Shown here: positions 42,287 to 50,528 of the stretch, one piece after another
Position numbering within the stretch: the first letter of the stretch is position 1
Layout of the letters: every line of letters starts with the position of its first letter
Assembly: GCA_013204645.1 (NCBI GenBank)
Contig: JABMSE010000125.1
Coordinates: forward strand, 1 to 51,696
From: Candidatus Saganbacteria bacterium
GTDB taxonomy: Bacteria > Margulisbacteria > WOR-1 > O2-12-FULL-45-9
Direction of reading: 5' to 3'
DNA length: 51,696 bases
Program-made: the position numbers and the translations under genes
Notes under the pieces: generated by a model
What the model saw: the letters and a program-made list of their open reading frames with translations, nothing else
Told to the model about the DNA's origin: nothing
Databases searched by the model: none

Positions 42287-43395
42287 AAATTATAAATAAC
42301 AAGTTACAAACAACAAACAATATCAAAGTCCCAAATCTAAAATTCCAAACGTTTCATGCATTGAAGAATGGAACTTTGGTATTGTTTGTAATTTGGTGCT
42401 TGGGATTTGGAAATTTATCCCACGCCCAAACCACCTTCGACCCTCTTATCATAAGCGTTGGGGCCCGGGCTATGGGGATGGGGAGAGCCTACGTAGCCGT
42501 AGCTGAAGAAGGAGATACAATTTTTACTAACCCAGCCGGATTAGGGGAAATCGATGCTTTTAATTTTACCAGCATGGCCGGGGTACTACTGGAAAATGTA
42601 AATTACACCGTGCTGGGTGGGGTTTATCCTCTCGGGGAAAAAACCGCAGTAGGCATCGGTTATGCAGGAGCTCACATTGGCGGAATAGAGATGCGGGATA
42701 TTTCGGGCAACTTTGAGAAAAACACGAGCTTTGTAAATAATGTTTATTTTGCTTCTCTGGGAAGAAAATTGTCTGATAAATTTTCCTTGGGATTAAATCT
42801 CAAATACTTTTCCCAAAATGCTCCGGATGATAACAATGGAAGTGGCACTGGGGTCAATCTTGATATCGGCGTCCTACAAAAAGGATGGGAATGGATCTCC
42901 TTCGGCGTGGTAGCACAAAATATTTTAGTTTCTTCCAAAATCCATTATACAAGTGGGCAAACGGAAGACTTGCCCTTCATCCTAAAAGTTGGAACTAGGA
43001 TGTATCTTTTGGGTGAAGAATTTGAATCTGCCCGCATCTCAGCCATAAAATTAGTTACTTCTGCAGATGCTCATATTAACTTAAGGGAAACGCAACCTAC
43101 CACTGCCCACCTAGGCCTTGAGCTCTCCCCCAACAATTTCTTAACTTTTAGAGCCGGCCTTGACCAGGATCCAAAACCAGGTGGGGTCCAAAACAATTTA
43201 ACTTATGGCTTAAGCCTAACTCTGGCTGGCTTGGGTTTTCACTATGCCTACCACCCTTACACTGAAGCCCTTAACAGCTCCACCAATTATTTCTCCATCT
43301 CTTTTAATGAGGGTGGGTGGCCACCCGAAGGCCTGCCAGATATCTTTTTAGGCGAGCAGAACACCCCCGCTATTGCAAAACTCCCGTCTCTATGA
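42283..43395 (+). CDS. Outer membrane beta-barrel protein, PorV/PorQ/UPF0164-like
   Basis: GARAMGMGRAYVAVAEEGDTIFTNPAGLG is an N-terminal signature. Alternating beta-strand patterns follow. The ATG at 42283 overlaps the upstream TGA (ATGA). The track ORF starts at 42268. Confidence 0.55.
   Translation: MKIINNKLQTTNNIKVPNLKFQTFHALKNGTLVLFVIWCLGFGNLSHAQTTFDPLIISVGARAMGMGRAYVAVAEEGDTIFTNPAGLGEIDAFNFTSMAGVLLENVNYTVLGGVYPLGEKTAVGIGYAGAHIGGIEMRDISGNFEKNTSFVNNVYFASLGRKLSDKFSLGLNLKYFSQNAPDDNNGSGTGVNLDIGVLQKGWEWISFGVVAQNILVSSKIHYTSGQTEDLPFILKVGTRMYLLGEEFESARISAIKLVTSADAHINLRETQPTTAHLGLELSPNNFLTFRAGLDQDPKPGGVQNNLTYGLSLTLAGLGFHYAYHPYTEALNSSTNYFSISFNEGGWPPEGLPDIFLGEQNTPAIAKLPSL
42301..42349. repeat. 7-nt-period degenerate tract encoding the N-terminal extension of the PorV-like protein
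   Basis: aagttac aaacaac aaacaat atcaaag tcccaaa tctaaaa ttccaaa. Confidence 0.55.
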
Positions 43396-43447
43396 TAAAA
43401 TAATTCTTTGTTTTTGGCTCTATAATTTTAAATAAAGTCCTGAGCGA

Positions 43448-43464
43448 GTCCGCCGAAGGCGGAC
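43448..43464 (+). promoter_or_regulatory. GC-rich stem-loop (7-bp stem, GAA loop) in the rpsB leader
   Basis: gtccgcc gaa ggcggac sits within the GC-rich segment tgagcgagtccgccgaaggcggacgagtcgaagggcgagg, which ends in the rpsB RBS GAGGAG. Confidence 0.5.
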
Positions 43465-43489
43465 GAGTCGAAGGGCGAGGAGAAAATTA

Positions 43490-44338
43490 ATGGCAGTTGT
43501 TACCATGAAGGAATTACTCGAAGCCGGGGTTCACTTTGGGCACCAGAGCAAGCGCTGGAACCCAAAAATGAAAAAATACATCTACGCCGCACGCAATGAG
43601 ATCCACGTAATTGATCTAAACAAATCCATTCCCTTGATCGAAAAAGCTTATGAGTTTATCAGAAATGCAGTAGCAAATAATGGCACCATCCTGTTTGTCG
43701 GCACTAAAAAGCAAGCCCAAGAGGCAATTGAAGCAGAAGCTAAGCGTTGCGGCATGTTTTTTGCTAACCAGCGCTGGATGGGCGGCACCTTAACTAACTT
43801 TAAAACTCTAAAAAAGAATATCGCCCGCTTAAACGAGATCGAAAAAATGAAAGAGGATGGAACTCTTGCTCTGTTGCCTAAAAAAGAAGTTATTTTGATT
43901 GACCGGGAACACAGAAAACTAGTCCGGGGCTTAGGCGGTATTCGCCAAATGACAAGCCTTCCAGCAGCCGTTTTCGTCGTCGACACCCCAAAAGAACAAA
44001 CGGCAGTAGCTGAAGCACGCAAACTTAAAATCCCAATTGTGGCTATTGTTGATACTAATGCTGATCCAGATGAAGTTGAGTATCCAATGCCAGGAAATGA
44101 TGATGCGATTCGAGCAATCAAGCTCTTAACCGGCTTAATGGCCGATGCAGTGTTGGCCGGAAGGGAGCTCTTAAAGCCCCCTGAGGAAAGAAAAGAAGAA
44201 ATAGCCGTACCGCTGGCCGTCCCAGTTGACGTCCCTGAAGAGGCTAAAGCTATCTCCGAAGAGCAACGCCTTGAAGAAGCCGGATTAACTAAAATTAAGG
44301 TGAAAGAAGAAAACGCAGAAAAACGGGTAGGATTTTAG
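43490..44338 (+). CDS. rpsB: 30S ribosomal protein S2
   Basis: [22 protein letters not shown] and [14 protein letters not shown]. Confidence 0.95.
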   Translation: MAVVTMKELLEAGVHFGHQSKRWNPKMKKYIYAARNEIHVIDLNKSIPLIEKAYEFIRNAVANNGTILFVGTKKQAQEAIEAEAKRCGMFFANQRWMGGTLTNFKTLKKNIARLNEIEKMKEDGTLALLPKKEVILIDREHRKLVRGLGGIRQMTSLPAAVFVVDTPKEQTAVAEARKLKIPIVAIVDTNADPDEVEYPMPGNDDAIRAIKLLTGLMADAVLAGRELLKPPEERKEEIAVPLAVPVDVPEEAKAISEEQRLEEAGLTKIKVKEENAEKRVGF

Positions 44339-44938
44339 ATGGGAATTGCAGTAGAAGCGATCAAAGAGCTCCGCGAAAAAACCGGTTGCGGTATGATGGA
44401 CTGCAAAAAAGCTCTTTCAGAAACCAAGGGTGATTCCGAAAAGGCCATGGATCTTTTGCGTAAAAAGGGATTGGCCGCCGCCGCCAAACGTGTGGGTCGG
44501 GTTGCTGCTCAAGGAATGGTGGATGCCTACATCCATACTGGTGGAAAGCTTGGGGTTTTAGTTGAAGTAAATTGCGAATCGGATTTTGTAGCACGCAACA
44601 TTGAATTTCAGGCTTTTGTAAAAGATATAGCTATGCAAGTGGCAGCTTCCAATCCACAATATGTCTCACGCGATGAAGTGCCCGAGACTATTATTTCGCA
44701 CGAAAAAGAAATTTTGGAAACCCAGGCTAAAGGAGAAGGAAAACCAGCTAAAGCCGTGGAAAAAATCGTAAACGGCCGATTGGAGAAGTTTTATGCTGAA
44801 ACCTGTTTGCTCGACCAACCCTTTATCAAAGATCCTAAGGTCATCATTAAAAATCTTTTAGCAAACCTAGTAGCTAAAATCGGCGAAAATATTGTAATCC
44901 GAAGGTTTACGCGATATCAATTAGGTGAAAAATCCTAA
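44339..44938 (+). CDS. tsf: Elongation factor Ts (short form)
   Basis: IKELREKTGCGMMDCKKAL and LVEVNCESDFVARN. Confidence 0.9.
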   Translation: MGIAVEAIKELREKTGCGMMDCKKALSETKGDSEKAMDLLRKKGLAAAAKRVGRVAAQGMVDAYIHTGGKLGVLVEVNCESDFVARNIEFQAFVKDIAMQVAASNPQYVSRDEVPETIISHEKEILETQAKGEGKPAKAVEKIVNGRLEKFYAETCLLDQPFIKDPKVIIKNLLANLVAKIGENIVIRRFTRYQLGEKS

Positions 44939-47636
44939 AGTAAATTCTCCCAAGATCGTTCTCATAGACGGAAACTCCCTCGCCTATCGTGCCTTCTATG
45001 CCCTCCCCGATACCATGCATACCACTTCTGGTATTACCACCAATGCTATTTACGGTTTTACCAACATGTTAATTAAAGTCTTAGATGAAGAACCTGATTT
45101 TGTGGCAATTTCTTTTGACCGGCCAGAGCCAACTTTTAGGCATAAGGCCTACAAGGCCTATAAAGCAACTAGACAGAAGGCTCCCCCAACGCTCTACGAA
45201 CAAATTCCTTACGTAAAAGAAGTTACAGAAGCCTTTGACATACCAATTTATGAAATTGCCGGCTTCGAAGCTGACGATGTAATTGGAACCCTGGCCAAGG
45301 AAGCGCAAGCCCAAGGTTTTGAGGTAACCATTTTAACCGGTGACCTTGATCCACTGCAACTGGTTAACGAAAAAATAAAGGTGCTGACGACACGCAAAGG
45401 AATAACCGATACTGTCCTCTACGGCGAAAAAGAAGTCGTAGAACGTTATGGCATAGTGCCGGAACAAGTAATTGATTTCAAGGCCTTAAAGGGAGATTCA
45501 TCCGATAACATTCCCGGAGTTCCAACTGTGGGAGATAAAACCGCCAGTCAGCTTTTAAAAGAATTTGGAACCCTTGATAATATCCTGGAGAATGTCGACC
45601 GCATAACGAAAAGGAGTCTAAGAGAAAACATCAAAAATAATGTTGACTTGGCAAAGCTTAGCAAAAAACTAGCCACAATTGTAACCAATGTACCGCTTGA
45701 AATTGACTTTAAGAAATGCAGACGCTCAGCAATTAACTGGCAAAAAATTATCCCCTTGTTTGAAAAATTTGAGTTCAACAGCCTGGTCAAAAAATATTCA
45801 AAGGGGCTAGCCGAATATCAAACTGAAACCGTTATTGAAAAGAAAAGAGATAAAATCTCAAAACTTGATTTTAAATGTGTGCAAAATGAAGAGCAACTAC
45901 AAGAACTCGTTGCTGAATTAGAAAAATCAGAGGCTTTTGCTTTTGACCTAGAAACAACCGGGCTCGATCCCTGGGAAGCCCAGATTGTTGGTATTTCTTT
46001 TTCCACCCAAACCAAATCCGCCTATTATATTCCTTTGCAACATAGTGACAAAATAAATTTGGAATCGCTAAAACCGATCTTTGCCTCAGACAAACTAAAA
46101 ATCGGCCACAACGTTAAATATGACATTGAGGTCCTAAAAAATTCTGGCATCGAAGTCTGTGGTCCTTATTTTGACACCATGGTAGCCGCTTATCTCTTAG
46201 ATCCAATTTCTGGTAAATTTGCCTTAAAGACTTTAGCCAAACAATTTCTGGGGCGCGACATGATAAACCTGATGGATCTTATTGGAAAAAATGGAGAATA
46301 TGATAATTTTTCACAAGTACCAATTGATCTAGCAGTTGACTATGCTTGCTCCGATGCCGAAGCAACTTTTGGCCTCTATGAAATATTTAAACTAGCCCTA
46401 AAAGCACAAAAGTTAGACAAGCTTTTTTATGAAGTAGAAATGCCTTTAATTTCTGTGCTAGTTGAAATAGAGGGCAATGGCGTAAAAATTGATGTTCCAT
46501 TGCTTGCTAAAACCTCCAAACAAATTGACAAATCCCTAAAAACCTTGGAAGAGGATATTTATGCGATTTCTGGAGAAAAATTTAATATTAATTCCCCCAA
46601 ACAACTCTCCCATGTTCTCTTTGATAAATTAATGCTTCCCGTCATAAAAAAAACTAAAACTGGTGCTTCAACCAACATCTCTGTCCTAGAAGAGCTGGCA
46701 GCGCAAAAATTTGAAATCGCTGAAAAACTCATGGAGTATCGTCAGCTAACCAAGCTTAAATCTACCTATGTAGATGTGTTGCCCACCCTGATCAATTCTA
46801 AAACTGGGCGTATCCATACCTCTTTTAACCAAACCATTACCGCCACCGGAAGGCTGTCTAGCTCCAAGCCTAATTTACAAAATATTCCAGTCAAAGGGAA
46901 TTGGGGAAAAATAATTCGCTCGGCTTTTATTCCAGAAAAAAAAGATTGGGTGATTTTGGCGGCTGATTACTCACAAATTGAGCTTCGTATTTTAGCCCAC
47001 ATGAGCCAGGATCCCGAGATGTTAGACGCCTTTAGGCAAAAGCAAGATATTCATAAGAGAACCGCTGCCGAGGTCTATGGAATTTCCGAAGATGAGGTAA
47101 CCGGGAAGATGCGTTCTGCAGCCAAAACAGTTAATTTTGGCATTATCTATGGTATCTCAGATTTTGGCTTGGCCAAACAACTAAAAATCAAAAGACCAGA
47201 GGCAGCAAAATTTATAGAGAGATATTTCAAAAAGCACAAAGGGGTCAAAGAATTTATGGATAAAACCGTAAAAGACGCCAAAGAAAAAGGCTATGTTACG
47301 ACCCTCTTAGGCCGAAAAAGGCCGATGCCCGACATTAACAGCCCCCACTTTGGCATGCGCGCCTTTGCCGAGCGAACCGCCATTAACACCCCAGTCCAAG
47401 GCAGCGCCGCAGACATGATAAAAGTAGCCATGGCCAGAATAAATTCCAAAGGCAAAATTAACAAGGCGAGAATGATTCTTCAAGTTCACGATGAGCTAGT
47501 GTTTGAATGTCCCAAAGAGGAAATAACTACACTTACAAAAATAATAAAAGAAGAAATGGAAGCGGCACTTCCTCTAGATATACCAATAGAAATTGATATT
47601 AGTAGTGGAGAAAATTGGGCCGAGGCAAAATCCTAG
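44925..47636 (+). CDS. polA: DNA polymerase I (5'-3' exonuclease, 3'-5' exonuclease and polymerase domains)
   Basis: LIDGNSLAYRAFYA, DNIPGVPTVGDKTA, FDLETTGLD, DYSQIELRILAH and QVHDELVFE. The GTG start is at 44925. Confidence 0.95.
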   Translation: MKNPKVNSPKIVLIDGNSLAYRAFYALPDTMHTTSGITTNAIYGFTNMLIKVLDEEPDFVAISFDRPEPTFRHKAYKAYKATRQKAPPTLYEQIPYVKEVTEAFDIPIYEIAGFEADDVIGTLAKEAQAQGFEVTILTGDLDPLQLVNEKIKVLTTRKGITDTVLYGEKEVVERYGIVPEQVIDFKALKGDSSDNIPGVPTVGDKTASQLLKEFGTLDNILENVDRITKRSLRENIKNNVDLAKLSKKLATIVTNVPLEIDFKKCRRSAINWQKIIPLFEKFEFNSLVKKYSKGLAEYQTETVIEKKRDKISKLDFKCVQNEEQLQELVAELEKSEAFAFDLETTGLDPWEAQIVGISFSTQTKSAYYIPLQHSDKINLESLKPIFASDKLKIGHNVKYDIEVLKNSGIEVCGPYFDTMVAAYLLDPISGKFALKTLAKQFLGRDMINLMDLIGKNGEYDNFSQVPIDLAVDYACSDAEATFGLYEIFKLALKAQKLDKLFYEVEMPLISVLVEIEGNGVKIDVPLLAKTSKQIDKSLKTLEEDIYAISGEKFNINSPKQLSHVLFDKLMLPVIKKTKTGASTNISVLEELAAQKFEIAEKLMEYRQLTKLKSTYVDVLPTLINSKTGRIHTSFNQTITATGRLSSSKPNLQNIPVKGNWGKIIRSAFIPEKKDWVILAADYSQIELRILAHMSQDPEMLDAFRQKQDIHKRTAAEVYGISEDEVTGKMRSAAKTVNFGIIYGISDFGLAKQLKIKRPEAAKFIERYFKKHKGVKEFMDKTVKDAKEKGYVTTLLGRKRPMPDINSPHFGMRAFAERTAINTPVQGSAADMIKVAMARINSKGKINKARMILQVHDELVFECPKEEITTLTKIIKEEMEAALPLDIPIEIDISSGENWAEAKS

Positions 47637-50449
47637 ACGGCGGGTTCATCAGAGGTTTCGCCCGGCGTCGCTTGCTCTCTCGCCTCTCGCTCAGCAACTG
47701 CATATTCCAATCCCATAGCTTTCCTTTTAAGTAAGTCTAATACATCCCGTTCACTAGGGGTGCAGATATCTCTTCCTCCAATATCGTTTGATTTTCCTGC
47801 TCGTCTTGCTATTTCTCTTATCATTAATCGCTGAAGTTCTCCCACCATCCCTGGTTCCCCCCTACCCCTCATTACATCTTCCACTTCTATGACAACTTCA
47901 ATTATACCTTCTTCTCTTGGAACAGAAAAAGTTTTAATATTGTATCCCATTTCTCCAAACGCCTTTAATAAATCCCCCCCCAATCCAACGCGATCTCGGG
48001 TTATAACAGAAACATAATAGGGACCCATTCGCATATGGGGATTTGTCAAATTATCCCGATGAGCCTGCTTATGCATTCTTTCCAATTGGAGGACCACTTC
48101 TTCTGGTCGGCAACCCGCTGTTCCAATTTTAAAAAACAATTCCTCCACTCCTTGCGCAGAAGATCTCAGCAATGCTAACATTTGAGCTCGTTCCCCATCA
48201 TTCCAATCCTCAGCCGCTCTCCCAACTCTCCCCCCTATCGTCTCTTCTGCATTCGGAGCAAACACCAGAGTTTTCGCCTCCGCGTTATGAACAATCTGCT
48301 TCCAAGACTCATTTTCTGGCCCACAATCTTGCCGCAACCTCAACAATTGTGCCCTTCGTCCTGGTCCAATCCTCACAGAATCAAAATAAGCTCGCGCTTC
48401 ATCGTCTCCTTCTATTTTAGCCAACACAGCCTCAAAATCTGGCCTAAATATAATTTTACCCCTCCGATCTGTTGGATTATATAATAGTCGGAATAAAGCC
48501 CTACAAAGAACTTGATTGGCCTCATACCCACGCCCAAATATTTCTTCAAGTTTTTCCATTCCCACCCGCTTGGCAAATATCTTCAAAACCGCAGTTCTAG
48601 CTACTAATGCCTTGAGAAAACCCTGTGAAGTTAGATATCTTCTAAAAAGGGTAGTATTAACCAATCCCCTAACCGGGACAAAACGTCTGCTACTGGCCAC
48701 ATCCAGGGCTTGGCGACCAATTTCAATAACTTTGGCTCTGTCCGTAAGCGCCTGAGCTTTTAGCGCCCGCCGTAATTCTTGAGCTCCTTTAAGGGTATGA
48801 ATATGATTTAGCCATTCTAATTTAGCCAGGTTAGCCTCTCTCCCAGGGCTAAGCAAAACCTCTACTCGATCGCGATTACGAACTTCAACTGAAAGCGGTC
48901 TTTCGTGATCATTGATCTTTATACCAATAGCTCTACGAAAAACATCACTTCTCATCGCCGCAACATCGTAGCCAGTTGATCCGGGCGGAAACTCTTTAAC
49001 ATCTCCCTTTGGCGTGATAATCTGGACAGGATTTGGCATATCAGCCAGAACCTCAAAAAATTGCTGCGAACTAAGTCCTTCTTTTCGCAAATCATCCAAC
49101 ATTCCCAGCAACAAATTGCGCGCTTCCCTTGGATCATAACCCCTTCTTTGTCTTCTGGCAATCAAACCAAATTGATAATCCTCATACATTGTGGGGGTCA
49201 TAATATGAATCAACAATTCCCCAAAGCCTTCTACGTCTACCCAGGTTTCCAAAAATCGATGAAAATTGGTCAAAGGATTGTTTATAAAATCATTTTGACG
49301 GCCTTTAATAGGACGAAACAATTTGTGTATGCGAAATTGAATCGTGGCACATTCTTGTGGTCCTCTAGAAACTATGACATTGATACGCCAGACATCACTG
49401 GGAGAAACTTCGTTAAGATCATGCAGTTGTATTCTCTGATGAAGCTCATAAATCCCCCGGCGTTCCAATTTAACTTTCACCCCGACCCCTAATTCTCTTC
49501 TTATGGCAGCGCAAATTACCTCTACCCTAGGTTTGCTTGCCCTCACAACCATGGCCTGTCTTCTTTGAACTCGTCTATATTCTCTAGGCTCAAGATATTT
49601 AAAAGAAATGTCCTCATAGCTTCGTTTTAGATACCAGATACCAAAACGATCGGCCATCGGCACATAAACCTTCATGGTCTCCTCTGCCTTTTCGGCTTGT
49701 CTTTCGTTTTTTGTCCTTCCCCCCTTAGCTTTCATACAATCCAAGGTATTCATATTATCATTTCGATCAAAAAGTTTGATCAACAAGGTTGCAATTTCTT
49801 CGGCTCCAGCCTCTAATAATTTCAATATTATGGCAACGTGCGTAGGCATGGGGCCCGTGTAGTCAGGCTCTTTTCCCGCTTCAGTAACACCATTGGCTAA
49901 AAAAGCAACCCGCGGAGTCAACATCTTTTCTAATTGTTCAGGTGTAACCCTTTTTCCAGCTAACATCACATCTTCTATTACGTCATGAATAAGGATTGCG
50001 GCCAACTCCTCTGGATCAGTCATTCCACATTTTCTAGCCTCTTCTGCTACACTTACAGGATGTTCTATATAGGGCTCCTTTTCCACACCTTCCCTCCGCA
50101 GCTTAGCCCGAACCCCGTCACGGAATACACCAAAATGCCCGGTGAAAGCCAGCTTATAGGCTACGTCAAGAAGCTCATTAGCCGCAGCTGAAAGATTCGG
50201 TAAACTTGCTTTTAATCTTCGTAGGCGCGCTGTATAGGGGGCAGGATTAATAAAAGAAGGTCTAAAAAGAGGTGTCACTCCAGCAACGTGGGTTACGGCC
50301 CGGGCTGCTGTAGGGGTAGAGGGACTGCGGCGCGGCTTCTTTGTTGTAACAAATTGCCTAATTCTAACTTGCCTATCTCGCCAAAGAGCAAAATAATCTA
50401 CGTGACTACGTCTTGGTTGTGTAACTACTCTCAATAAAGGCTTTGCCAT
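47633..50449 (-). CDS. Divergent long RelA/SpoT homolog (HD hydrolase motifs intact, pseudo-synthetase, TGS, long helical insert, ACT-like C-terminus)
   Basis: HD motifs: HPVSVA, LIHDVIEDV, KLFDRNDNMNTL. Degenerate synthetase blocks: ERRGIYELHQRI, DVWRINVIV, RQNDFINNPLTNFHRFLET, ELLIHIMT. TGS motif: IITPKGDVKEFPPGSTGYDVA. I prefer the ATG at 50449 (MAKPLL). The track ORF begins at a TTG at 50461. Confidence 0.75.
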   Translation of the reverse strand: MAKPLLRVVTQPRRSHVDYFALWRDRQVRIRQFVTTKKPRRSPSTPTAARAVTHVAGVTPLFRPSFINPAPYTARLRRLKASLPNLSAAANELLDVAYKLAFTGHFGVFRDGVRAKLRREGVEKEPYIEHPVSVAEEARKCGMTDPEELAAILIHDVIEDVMLAGKRVTPEQLEKMLTPRVAFLANGVTEAGKEPDYTGPMPTHVAIILKLLEAGAEEIATLLIKLFDRNDNMNTLDCMKAKGGRTKNERQAEKAEETMKVYVPMADRFGIWYLKRSYEDISFKYLEPREYRRVQRRQAMVVRASKPRVEVICAAIRRELGVGVKVKLERRGIYELHQRIQLHDLNEVSPSDVWRINVIVSRGPQECATIQFRIHKLFRPIKGRQNDFINNPLTNFHRFLETWVDVEGFGELLIHIMTPTMYEDYQFGLIARRQRRGYDPREARNLLLGMLDDLRKEGLSSQQFFEVLADMPNPVQIITPKGDVKEFPPGSTGYDVAAMRSDVFRRAIGIKINDHERPLSVEVRNRDRVEVLLSPGREANLAKLEWLNHIHTLKGAQELRRALKAQALTDRAKVIEIGRQALDVASSRRFVPVRGLVNTTLFRRYLTSQGFLKALVARTAVLKIFAKRVGMEKLEEIFGRGYEANQVLCRALFRLLYNPTDRRGKIIFRPDFEAVLAKIEGDDEARAYFDSVRIGPGRRAQLLRLRQDCGPENESWKQIVHNAEAKTLVFAPNAEETIGGRVGRAAEDWNDGERAQMLALLRSSAQGVEELFFKIGTAGCRPEEVVLQLERMHKQAHRDNLTNPHMRMGPYYVSVITRDRVGLGGDLLKAFGEMGYNIKTFSVPREEGIIEVVIEVEDVMRGRGEPGMVGELQRLMIREIARRAGKSNDIGGRDICTPSERDVLDLLKRKAMGLEYAVAEREAREQATPGETSDEPAV

Positions 50450-50528
50450 AAAACGCCCCAATTCATTATATTATAACCCAATTACCTATCGTCCGCATAT
50501 TCCAAAAATTTCACTTTTTGGGGAAATT

